The translations under genes were made by a program, and so were the position numbers. Under the pieces are notes generated by a model, which made no database searches, had not been told where the DNA came from, and saw only the letters and a program-made list of their open reading frames with translations. Shown here one piece after another: positions 55,702-64,000 of a stretch of DNA of 64,000 nucleotides (its first letter is position 1; each line of letters starts with the position of its first letter). Source of the DNA: Desulfosudaceae bacterium (lineage in GTDB: Bacteria > Desulfobacterota > Desulfobacteria > Desulfobacterales > Desulfosudaceae); the NCBI GenBank assembly GCA_963674745.2, contig CAXXDV010000003.1, forward strand, positions 96,001 to 160,000, given 5' to 3'.

Positions 55702-56273
55702 TACGTTACTTCGATATAGATTTTCTGGTCTTCAAATTCCTGCTTGGAATACACCAGGGCCGTATCCACGATTACATTGCCTTCGCTGTCAAGGGTAATA
55801 TGGTGCCTGTCAAGCGGGCGCGGGGCAGGCCCGGCGAATTCCACGCCGTTGGAGTGAAATTCGCTGCCGTGGCAGGGGCATTTAAAAATATTCAGGTCTT
55901 CGAACCAGTTGACCGTGCAGCCCAGATGGGTGCAACGGGCAAAAAGAGCGAAAACCCGGTCTTTGTCCCTGACCACAAAGAAACGGTGATTTTTTTTGAA
56001 ACGGGAGTCGATAAAGATGACACCGTACTGGTCGGGTTTTTTGTCGGTGATAAAATCGTTAACCTGGCCGATAACATACTTGCTGGGGGGGTGAAACACC
56101 ACCGAAGGGTATAAAAACTTCAACCCCTGATACATTCCCGCCCCCAGGCCTGTAAAGACAATCCCCCAACCGGCGACTGATATACCCTTGTTGAGAAATT
56201 CCCTTCTGTTCAGGGTGGTTTTCCCTTCCAGTTGATCCGCTGTTACATTGCCTGAATTCGAGCTTTCTGACAT
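55701..56273 (-). CDS. Rieske [2Fe-2S] protein
   Basis: Tat motif NRREFL with TM helix, CTHLGC, CPCHGS, GPAPRPL. Confidence 0.95.
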   Translation of the reverse strand: MSESSNSGNVTADQLEGKTTLNRREFLNKGISVAGWGIVFTGLGAGMYQGLKFLYPSVVFHPPSKYVIGQVNDFITDKKPDQYGVIFIDSRFKKNHRFFVVRDKDRVFALFARCTHLGCTVNWFEDLNIFKCPCHGSEFHSNGVEFAGPAPRPLDRHHITLDSEGNVIVDTALVYSKQEFEDQKIYIEVT

Positions 56274-56331
56274 TTTTTACTCACTTCTTATAAATATTGT
56301 TTAGTTGTCAGCGTCTGTGAGACATTGAAAA

Positions 56332-56550
56332 CTACTCTTTTTTTAAAAAGTTCCGAAACATTTCAAAAATAAAGGCCGCCACAAACATCATGCCGGTACC
56401 TTCAGCGTAGGGGACCCAGAAATAATAATGAATGTTTTCCCACATGGTCGTGTGCATGTTGTATCGCCAGTAGCAGTAATTGACGACGATAAAATGCAGC
56501 AGCGTAATGATTACGGCGGCAACAAGACTTCTTAAAATTTTTTTGATCAT
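56332..56550 (-). CDS. Small two-TM membrane protein
   Basis: 72 aa, two hydrophobic helices, RBS AGGGGGAG. First gene of the minus-strand run. Confidence 0.7.
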   Translation of the reverse strand: MIKKILRSLVAAVIITLLHFIVVNYCYWRYNMHTTMWENIHYYFWVPYAEGTGMMFVAAFIFEMFRNFLKKE

Positions 56551-56647
56551 GGCTCCCCCTTAATTTGTGTTGAAAAATGTTCCGTCGATGATTTTAATGC
56601 GATCATTCAGCTGCCTAAAATCAAAAGTTTAACTTTCAACTTTTAAA

Positions 56648-56677
56648 ATAATAAAGGCTCCAGCGGACAAAAGTCAA
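56648..56677 (-). promoter_or_regulatory. Possible sigma-70 promoter of the Rieske/ahy operon
   Basis: Minus strand TTGACT-N18-TATTAT. Confidence 0.4.
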
Positions 56678-56996
56678 GGTTTTTTTTCCGGTTCTGAAAA
56701 TAAAAAAAGATTTGTTTGTCTTAAGACGGTTGCCAAAGCAAAAAAACAGCTTGTATCAATTTAAACAACTGTTTTCATTGTTATTAAATTTTGCGTAGGT
56801 GTTTTTTTATGGCTTTTTAAGTATGTCGTCGTGTTTGGATAAAAGGTCTGAAAGGATCGGTGCAGAAAAAAATAAAGTGAATAGTTTGACTTTTTACTTT
56901 TTGTGTGCATAATAATATTTTTACCCGGAAAAAATTCAGGGAAAAAATCATTTTGGATAACAGATTTTCAATTGCCCATAGACAAGGAGAAGAAAG

Positions 56997-57563
56997 ATGA
57001 TCTGCGGGAGAACGCGGGAAGAATTGCTGACCGAGATCCGGAATTTCCATGGTTTTGTGGCGCCCGGGCTGTTGATCGGCGCTTTTATGGTTGACCTGAC
57101 CTATGACTGTCTGGAAAAACAAGGCGAGTATGATGCCATTGTGGAAACTCGGAGCTGCCTGCCGGATGCCATTCAGATATTGACCCCATGTACCATCGGC
57201 AACGGTTGGCTGAAGATTCTTGATCTCGGCAAATTCGCTATTACCATGTATGACCGGAATACCTTTGAAGGATGCAGAACATGGCTTGACCTGCAAAAGG
57301 CCCAGGCGCATCAGACGGTTTATAAATGGTTCAACGGGCTGGTTTCAAAAAAAGACCTGCCCATCGAAGTTTTGCAGGAAGCCATTTTTGAAGCGGGTAA
57401 GGCCATTCTTTCTACAGCCAGGGTGAAAGTCGTTGAATACGCCGAACGCCAGAAAAAAGGCGAGATTCGGTTATGTGAAAATTGTAATGAAGCCTATCTG
57501 GCGGCCCAGGGGACACCCTGCCTGGCCTGCCAGGGCAAGACCTACTATCAGAAAATCAATTAA
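56997..57563 (+). CDS. FmdE-family protein with C-terminal zinc finger
   Basis: FHGFVAPG, ETRSCLPDAIQILTPCTIGN, CENCNE...CLAC. Confidence 0.85.
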   Translation: MICGRTREELLTEIRNFHGFVAPGLLIGAFMVDLTYDCLEKQGEYDAIVETRSCLPDAIQILTPCTIGNGWLKILDLGKFAITMYDRNTFEGCRTWLDLQKAQAHQTVYKWFNGLVSKKDLPIEVLQEAIFEAGKAILSTARVKVVEYAERQKKGEIRLCENCNEAYLAAQGTPCLACQGKTYYQKIN

Positions 57564-57578
57564 ATCGGGATCTTTAAA

Positions 57579-58334
57579 ATGGTGGACAACAGCCGTGCCC
57601 GTCAAGCCAGAAAACAGTCCGGCAGGAGACGGCACCTGAAAATGAAAGACCTGTCCGAGGCCACCGGTGTAAACGGGGCCACCATCCGTTATTACATCAA
57701 CGAAGGATTATTGCCTAAACCCTATAAGCCTTTCCGAAACATGGCTTATTATGACGAGTCGTTTATCGATAAAGTCAAATTTATCAAAACCCTGCAAAAG
57801 GAGTATTTTCTTCCGCTGGAAGTGATCAGGGTCGGTATCAAAGAAAGTGGATACGACCTGCAGGCCGTCATCAACAAGCTTGACCGGGCCAAGGAAATGC
57901 CCTGGCTGTCTGAACCGGAATCCGAAGCCAACGGACCTGAAGCTGTGACCAGGGAAAAGCTGTCAGAAGTTACCGGCATGTCGCCTGAAGATTTAAAGGC
58001 GGCCATTGCCCATGGTGTTGTTTTCCCTGACGAGAACGGCCTGTTTCATGAAAAAGAAATTGAGATTGCCCGTCATATCGGCCGTATCCGGGCTTTTATG
58101 ACCGATGCCCGGGGATTTACGTTTGATTTGTTCGTTCAACATTACAAAATGTTTGAGTCTCTGGTGGATCTGGAGTTCGAGGCTTTCTTAAGAAATGTGA
58201 TCAATAACAAGATTACGGTTGAAGAAGCCAATGAAATGGCTGAACTGATCTTGGACGTCCTCAAAGACCTGTTCCCGCTGATTCACCGGCGACGGTTGCG
58301 TAAAAAAATCAGAGAATCTCTGGTAATAAAATAA
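57579..58334 (+). CDS. MerR-family transcriptional regulator
   Basis: MKDLSEATGVNGATIRYYINEGLLP. No Cys metal-binding motif. Confidence 0.85.
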   Translation: MVDNSRARQARKQSGRRRHLKMKDLSEATGVNGATIRYYINEGLLPKPYKPFRNMAYYDESFIDKVKFIKTLQKEYFLPLEVIRVGIKESGYDLQAVINKLDRAKEMPWLSEPESEANGPEAVTREKLSEVTGMSPEDLKAAIAHGVVFPDENGLFHEKEIEIARHIGRIRAFMTDARGFTFDLFVQHYKMFESLVDLEFEAFLRNVINNKITVEEANEMAELILDVLKDLFPLIHRRRLRKKIRESLVIK

Positions 58335-58340
58335 GTGCTT

Positions 58341-59069
58341 TTATTTTCCCCGGGCGCAGAACCGCGGCCATCCCATCAGGTCGGCCACGCCGGCAATCGT
58401 TGTTCCGTAAAACAGGACCGGCTTACCCGTCAAAAACGGTTCGATGGTACCATTGACGATGGTCGTTCCGGTTACCAGGAGCAGATCCGCCCAGTCAATG
58501 GCATCCTTTGTCGCTTCCGGTCCTTCAATGCGGGCGCCCCGCTTTTCCGTGCCGATATTCTCCGGATCCAGGTCCAGGATGCGATATGAAAATTTCCGGT
58601 TCAAGGCTTCCACCATGGCAGGCTGAAAGCCAACCTGGGTTATTTTTACAGAACCGTATTCCTTTTCAATAAAATCGGCCAGCTCTGAGGCACACTCAAC
58701 GGGCTCTTGATCCCGGCAATGAATGGTTCGACCGGTTTGGTTTAAATGACTGAGGACCGCATTCAAGGTTGCGATAAAAATGGCCCGGCGGAAATTATTG
58801 GTCAGGGGCATAGCGATGATGTCTCTCAGCCGTCCTTCATAATCGCCGAAACGATCCGTGAATGCCTGACCGGATGAACCGAGAAAATCAGCCTGCATCA
58901 GGCGCTCCTTTCCCTGCTGGAGCGGGAAATCATCCGCTTCGGGATCACCGATGGCCTCTTGAACGCTGAGCACCCTGGCCTTGACCTGGACGGGCTGATT
59001 CATCAGGTCGTGCGCCATGCAGAGCTGGGAAAACTTGTCTTTTATCTGTTCGTAGATCGTGTCAGCCAT
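58341..59069 (-). CDS. DUF364-like Rossmann-type protein (putative metal chelation)
   Basis: RAIFIATLNA, VGFQP, LLVTGTTIVNGT. Confidence 0.7.
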   Translation of the reverse strand: MADTIYEQIKDKFSQLCMAHDLMNQPVQVKARVLSVQEAIGDPEADDFPLQQGKERLMQADFLGSSGQAFTDRFGDYEGRLRDIIAMPLTNNFRRAIFIATLNAVLSHLNQTGRTIHCRDQEPVECASELADFIEKEYGSVKITQVGFQPAMVEALNRKFSYRILDLDPENIGTEKRGARIEGPEATKDAIDWADLLLVTGTTIVNGTIEPFLTGKPVLFYGTTIAGVADLMGWPRFCARGK

Positions 59070-59175
59070 TTTTTTCTCCTTGCGGCCTGGTCCGGATATT
59101 TCATGAAAATAAGGAACAGGCTTGATAAAAAAAAGTTCTGTTCAAGTTGTGTTTTCAACCCCGGATCAGCACAGG

Positions 59176-59925
59176 TCAATTCAGCTTTATGGATACTTTG
59201 CGGCCGAATTTTTGTATGACCGGCGTGCCGGTACCGTGGCGGATGGCCCGGAAGGTCCCTTCCTTATCAACCGGAACGGTCCCGGCCAGAAAGTTGATGG
59301 CATAAGGATCAAAGACGTCTCTCACCAAAGGTGTACTGGGACCCAGCATGACCGATTTTGCTTCTTTGTTAATGTGCCCTAAAATTTCTTCAGCGGTATT
59401 GTTCAGCAGAGAGGTCGAAGTTAAAATCAGTACCTGTGCCCATTGGCCAAGTTTTTCATAAAAAGAGTGTTTTTCCCCGACCTGTTTTCCAATGTCATAA
59501 ATCGTCAGGTCGCTGCCGCGATTTTTGATCAGATGGATCAAGGGCTTAAAAGCGCCGACCATGGCAACCCGTGTCCCTTCTTTGATGCCAAGGTCGTCTA
59601 GAAGTACCTGGTTGTCCGGCTCTTCGGGTATGCTCCCGGCCGTATCAAAGTTCAAGGCATTGATCGCGGCCAGGGCCATGCTTTTTTCCAAGGGGACGTC
59701 GCTTAAGATTTTTTCCACCAGTCCAATGGCGGGTTTGCCCTCCGGGTTGTCGTAGTTTTTGTGCATCATGCAGGCATTTTTGGTGTCAAAATAGGAATAG
59801 GCGATACCGATGCCGCCATCGGAGGTAGATACCGCTGTATAACCCAGTCCCACGCAGAGCCGATCAACGGTTACCCGACGCGCTTTGTCTTCAAACAGGT
59901 CATATAAATGTTGGAGTAACATCAT
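59176..59925 (-). CDS. DUF4213/DUF364-like protein
   Basis: VGLGYTAV, LAAINAL, VAMVGAFKP, TSTSLLNNT, LGPSTP. Confidence 0.75.
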   Translation of the reverse strand: MMLLQHLYDLFEDKARRVTVDRLCVGLGYTAVSTSDGGIGIAYSYFDTKNACMMHKNYDNPEGKPAIGLVEKILSDVPLEKSMALAAINALNFDTAGSIPEEPDNQVLLDDLGIKEGTRVAMVGAFKPLIHLIKNRGSDLTIYDIGKQVGEKHSFYEKLGQWAQVLILTSTSLLNNTAEEILGHINKEAKSVMLGPSTPLVRDVFDPYAINFLAGTVPVDKEGTFRAIRHGTGTPVIQKFGRKVSIKLN

Positions 59926-60201
59926 GGCGAATATCCTGAATCCCCGGGTCAAAAACGGTTGTTGAATAAAGGCGCTTTCTGTTCCGCAGCGCTTTTGCAA
60001 TAAAACGACTTTTCATTTTAATAACAGGTCTGTTGTTTAAGGCAATAATTTTTGTTATGAGTATACCAAATTCAAATCAAAGTTCTCTGCGTCGACTGCT
60101 TCGCTTCCTTTTGTTTGTTCCGGTTATCTCTTTGATTTGAATCGGAGACGGCAAGGCCTTTCTAGGGGAAAACTTATCTTCAGTTCCAGGGGAAAACAAT
60201 A

Positions 60202-61563
60202 ATGGTTAAAAAAGTTGATATTCTGGCCATGGGTATAAATCCCGGGGAAACAAAACAACTGGCCGATGAGTTGAGCCGCATCGATGATGTGACAATTGAA
60301 TGCAGGGTCTATGATCTGTTTAAACCCTTTGAAATGATTCGGGCCCGGCTGAGGATTGAAACCGCCCGGGCGGATATCGTTATATTTTACTGGGACATTA
60401 ATGCCCGGCCGGCCCGGCTGATCATGGACCTGGTATTCCCCCTGTACGGACACCTGGGGTTGCAATACGATATGCTGTCAAGGGTTCGCGTTCCCCTGAT
60501 TGTATTGCCGCACCACTCGACCGGCTATTTCCTTCATGCTGATATCGTGGCTTTTTGCCGGCTGTCGCAAAAAAACGCCTGCCTGGCTGAGTCGAGGGAT
60601 GATCTTAAAGAGCACGTTCGTCTTCTTTGCCACCCGCCGGTATGGGGCGGGAAAAAAATCTGCATCTTCGGCAAACCGTTCAAGTCATCCACTATCCGGC
60701 CGTTTCGATTAACGGCAGATTTTGTTCGCCGCCGGACCGGTGTGGAGGTGCAGTATCGGCCACTAAAATCACTTGCTACGGGAATGGCCGATGTCGATGA
60801 ACAACGTGCCAGGATTGAAGCCGATAGGTGGAAAAATGAGGCGCAAGCCATCAACGGTGCGACTGACGGGGATATATTGACATCATCCAAAATGTATCTT
60901 TATCTGGAAGATCTGGTCGCTGCTGAAGGCTTTCATGGCATATCGATCAACTGTATCAGTAAATCGTTCCCGGAACACCCGGAAATGCCGTTTCCCTGCC
61001 TGGCTTTTTCAAGATTCCGGGACAGGGGTATCGCCGCTGTTTGTGAGGCTGATGTTTGCGCCCTGTTGTCGGCTATTTTGATGGAGTGCGTTGCCGGTAA
61101 GCCCTCCTATATGGGGAATGTGGTCTTTGTAGACCGGCAAACCGGCCGGGTGACGTTAACGCATTGCGTGACCGGGCTGAAGGTGGCGGGTTATGAGATG
61201 CCGGACATGGATTATTCCCTTCAGGATTATCATGACACAGGGCATGGGGCGGTACCGGCGGTAACCTTTCCTGTCAACCGGCCGGTAACGCTGGGGCTTC
61301 TCGCTAAAGACCTGCAGCATTTTGTCCTCTGGCCGGGAACGATCGTCGAAACCGGGAAGGACTTCTGCGCCAATATGGTCCGCGTACAGATACCGGATCC
61401 CGACGGTTTCAAGCAGGCCATCGTCGGCTGTCATTATATCATGGTATACGGGAACGTTGTCCGGGAGATACATGACGTGTTGATGAAATTGAATATCACG
61501 CCCATCGGGCCGGTGCAGAATCCGGTTGGTCGGCAGGAGGCGGACGATGTCGCTCAGGCCTAA
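60202..61563 (+). CDS. L-fucose/L-arabinose isomerase-like protein (divergent)
   Basis: ISINC, PCLAFS, CEAD, LTHC, HYIMVYG. Confidence 0.6.
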   Translation: MVKKVDILAMGINPGETKQLADELSRIDDVTIECRVYDLFKPFEMIRARLRIETARADIVIFYWDINARPARLIMDLVFPLYGHLGLQYDMLSRVRVPLIVLPHHSTGYFLHADIVAFCRLSQKNACLAESRDDLKEHVRLLCHPPVWGGKKICIFGKPFKSSTIRPFRLTADFVRRRTGVEVQYRPLKSLATGMADVDEQRARIEADRWKNEAQAINGATDGDILTSSKMYLYLEDLVAAEGFHGISINCISKSFPEHPEMPFPCLAFSRFRDRGIAAVCEADVCALLSAILMECVAGKPSYMGNVVFVDRQTGRVTLTHCVTGLKVAGYEMPDMDYSLQDYHDTGHGAVPAVTFPVNRPVTLGLLAKDLQHFVLWPGTIVETGKDFCANMVRVQIPDPDGFKQAIVGCHYIMVYGNVVREIHDVLMKLNITPIGPVQNPVGRQEADDVAQA

Positions 61564-62533
61564 GATATTATTGATTTTGTGCGGTCTGGTGTTGATTTTT
61601 CAGACAGGTTGTTTCCGTCAATCAACTTTTGATCTCATCCCCGGGACCACCACCACGACTAAAATCCGGAAAGAACCATTGATGGATATGCCTTTTGTAT
61701 GGGTGCCGGGCGGGTGTTATCAGATGGGACAGACCCGGGCGGAAAAAGCGGAACTGATTGCTGCCCTGGGTGAGGCGCAGTATCGGCAATGGTTTTCCAA
61801 AGAGCTGCCCCGTCATCGGGTCTGTGTAGATGGTTTCTGGATGGGGCAGTACGAGGTGACCGTTGCCCAATTCCGGCAATTTGTGAGTACAACCGGTTAT
61901 CAGCCGACGGCAGCAAAGCGTGACTGGTCATGGTGTATGACCGACAGATTTGAAAGAAAGACGGGTGTTTATCATCAACAACCCGGTTTCGAACAGGACG
62001 AGCGGTTTCCGGTCGTCCATGTCTCCTGGTTTGACGCACAGGCCATGGCGGCCTGGCTGACCGAAAACAGCACCATGACGTTTCGTCTGCCCACAGAAGC
62101 GGAGTGGGAGTGGGCCTGTCGCAGCGATACTGATACCATCCGTTTCTGGGGGAACGATTTAAAATCCGCCTGTGATTACGCCAATGGGCATGATATCACC
62201 ACCAATAGCGACCGGGAATTTTTCTGGCCGCATCATGATTGCCGGGACGGATATGCCCTGACTGCGCCGGTAGGCAGTTTTAAGCCCAATGCCTTTGGGC
62301 TTTACGATATGCTGGGTAATGTCTCGGAATGGTGCCGGGATGTTTTCAGCGAAACGGCTTACGGTCAGCATGAAACGAACAATCCATTGTACAGCCGGGA
62401 AGGTGGTATGCGGGTCGTCCGGGGCGGTGGTTGGTACAGTGCACCTGCGGACATGCGCTGCGCGGTCCGCCGCGGCAATTGCCCCATGAACACCGACGAT
62501 GCGCTGGGGTTCCGGCTGATCATCGAGGAATGA
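61547..62533 (+). CDS. Lipoprotein with FGE-sulfatase (SUMF1-like) domain
   Basis: Lipobox QTGC, YEVT, PVVHVSWFDA, RLPTEAEWE, GLYDMLGNVSEW, RGGGW, LGFR. Confidence 0.88.
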   Translation: MSLRPKILLILCGLVLIFQTGCFRQSTFDLIPGTTTTTKIRKEPLMDMPFVWVPGGCYQMGQTRAEKAELIAALGEAQYRQWFSKELPRHRVCVDGFWMGQYEVTVAQFRQFVSTTGYQPTAAKRDWSWCMTDRFERKTGVYHQQPGFEQDERFPVVHVSWFDAQAMAAWLTENSTMTFRLPTEAEWEWACRSDTDTIRFWGNDLKSACDYANGHDITTNSDREFFWPHHDCRDGYALTAPVGSFKPNAFGLYDMLGNVSEWCRDVFSETAYGQHETNNPLYSREGGMRVVRGGGWYSAPADMRCAVRRGNCPMNTDDALGFRLIIEE

Positions 62534-62603
62534 AAAGACGGGGCACCGCGGGAGAATGGCTTTGGGGCAGGTCGCTCAAGGGAGCTGAAAACAGCGGCAA
62601 TGG

Positions 62604-62783
62604 CTATTTTTCGTTGTTTTCCAGTTTTTCCGTTTTGTCTTCTTCAACTTCAGAAGTGGCCTTTTTGAAATTCTGAATCCCTTTGCCGATGCCCGAACCG
62701 ATCTCCGGCAGTTTGCGGGCGCCAAAAAGCACCACGATGATGATCAGAATAATTAACAGTTCCGGAAAGCCGAGTCCAAACAT
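62604..62783 (-). CDS. tatA: Twin-arginine translocase subunit
   Basis: [51 protein letters not shown]. Confidence 0.95.
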   Translation of the reverse strand: MFGLGFPELLIILIIIVVLFGARKLPEIGSGIGKGIQNFKKATSEVEEDKTEKLENNEK

Positions 62784-62914
62784 TGGGGTCCTCCTGTCCG
62801 GCCTTGAGCCGGACCATATATGTGGTCTTGTCGGGCGGGATGACTTATGCCCGAATATTTCATCACCCCTTACCATCATCCATTTACGAAAGTCAATACC
62901 TGATGGTAACGTAT

Positions 62915-63997
62915 CTATAACCTTGGTGGTGGAACAAAGACCTCCCGCTGTCCGGTCCTTTCCAGGTGCAGTGCTTCGCTGGAACAATGATAGGCGCAAA
63001 GACCGCATCCGATACATCTGGTTTCGTCAATCCGCGCGATGTCGTTCGCCATTTCGATCGCTTCCATGGGGCAGATATCCACACACACTTCACAGCCACT
63101 GCAGGTGTCGTCGTCAATCCTGGCGATATAAGCGGTATATGTCACGGTCGGAGAACTGCCGCGATAATAGGATTGAAACGTTTCACAACAGCATTTGCAG
63201 CAGTTGCAGACGGCCATTTCGTCTTTTTCGGTATCGTATTTTTCGTGAAACGCCTTGTGAACCAGTCCGTCTTTTTCAGCCTTTTCCAGGATCTGTTTGG
63301 CCTGGTCTTTGGAAATCGGCTCCGCGAATTTGTGGTCAATATAGAATTGGGCTGATTTGCCGAACAGCAGGCAATTCTTCCTGTCATCGGTCACTTTGCA
63401 GGATCTGTCCAGCAGGTCTTTCTGATGGCGGCAATAACAATAGGCAACCGCTATAGTATCAAAACGGTCGACCAGTTTTTTTACGTCCTCGCAGGGCATA
63501 ACCGTGTCGAATTTTTGATCGACCTGTTTCTCTACGGGTACGATCCGGGTCATGGCGGGAATGTTTTTAAATGCCGGGACAATGGTGTCATAGTTTTCCT
63601 GGACCAGGCCGGACAGTTCTTCAAAAAGGTCCTCAAATAATTGTGCCAGTTTTTTCTGCTTTTCACCCCGTTCCCCGCGCATCATGGTGGACTCGAATAT
63701 TCCCGGAAGGGGAGGCAGTAAGCGGTAGACCATGATGCCGGTACTTTTGCCGGGCATGCCGAAAACGACGCCGTTGTCCATCAGGTCGTTAAGCATACGA
63801 TCCAGTTCGGGCTCATCAAGTCCTGACCTTTCCTTGATCTCATCCCTGTTCAAGGGCCGGTCAAACAACTGGATAAATCCTGCCTGATCGACAGTGATAA
63901 GGTGTTTTAATATGTCGATTACACTGTCGGTCGGAAAGGGAATTCCCCCTGCTGAAATAAGGGCTGATGCCGCCGCCCGGTATTGTTGATCATTCAT
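62915..63997 (-). CDS. 4Fe-4S binding protein with N-terminal wHTH-like region
   Basis: [35 protein letters not shown]. The start is at the window edge. Confidence 0.85.
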   Translation of the reverse strand: MNDQQYRAAASALISAGGIPFPTDSVIDILKHLITVDQAGFIQLFDRPLNRDEIKERSGLDEPELDRMLNDLMDNGVVFGMPGKSTGIMVYRLLPPLPGIFESTMMRGERGEKQKKLAQLFEDLFEELSGLVQENYDTIVPAFKNIPAMTRIVPVEKQVDQKFDTVMPCEDVKKLVDRFDTIAVAYCYCRHQKDLLDRSCKVTDDRKNCLLFGKSAQFYIDHKFAEPISKDQAKQILEKAEKDGLVHKAFHEKYDTEKDEMAVCNCCKCCCETFQSYYRGSSPTVTYTAYIARIDDDTCSGCEVCVDICPMEAIEMANDIARIDETRCIGCGLCAYHCSSEALHLERTGQREVFVPPPRL

Positions 63998-64000
63998 TGT

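Noticed and set aside
56720..56736. Sigma-54 promoter for the ahy operon (minus strand TTGGCAACCGTCTTAAG)
   Set aside because: The -12 element reads TTAA rather than TTGC.
61547..62533. Catalytic formylglycine-generating enzyme
   Set aside because: It lacks the catalytic Cys pair after RGG, and no sulfatase is nearby.
62784..63017. N-terminal extension of TatA to 137 aa
   Set aside because: It overlaps the upstream gene. The RBS and family pattern support a start at 62783.

Overview
This is a 64-kb accessory island for anaerobic hydrocarbon degradation. Gene content and repeat families suggest a Desulfobacterales-like sulfate reducer (inference). The left part (7.6-33 kb, + strand) is a fumarate-addition pathway: split B12 acyl-CoA mutase, MeaB, MmgE/PrpD protein, glycyl-radical activating enzyme, alkylsuccinate synthase (assC-assA-assB-masE-like), AAA/vWA chaperones, acyl-CoA ligase, stand-alone carboxyltransferase and beta-oxidation-type genes. 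It has three sigma-54 promoters and neighbouring sigma-54 activators. The right part (35.8-56.6 kb, - strand) encodes a Tat-exported ethylbenzene-dehydrogenase-type Mo enzyme (AhyABCD-like) embedded among Rieske/cytochrome b/octaheme c genes, plus Moco genes and acyl-CoA enzymes. Two genes are missing from the ORF track: a 54-aa assC, and a 113-codon MasE-like ORF inside the ass operon with an in-frame TGA followed by a SECIS-like hairpin (candidate selenoprotein). An intact ISL3 element and several MITE/REP-like repeats are present. No rRNA, tRNA or CRISPR array was seen. All family calls come from motif recognition by eye; no searches were run.
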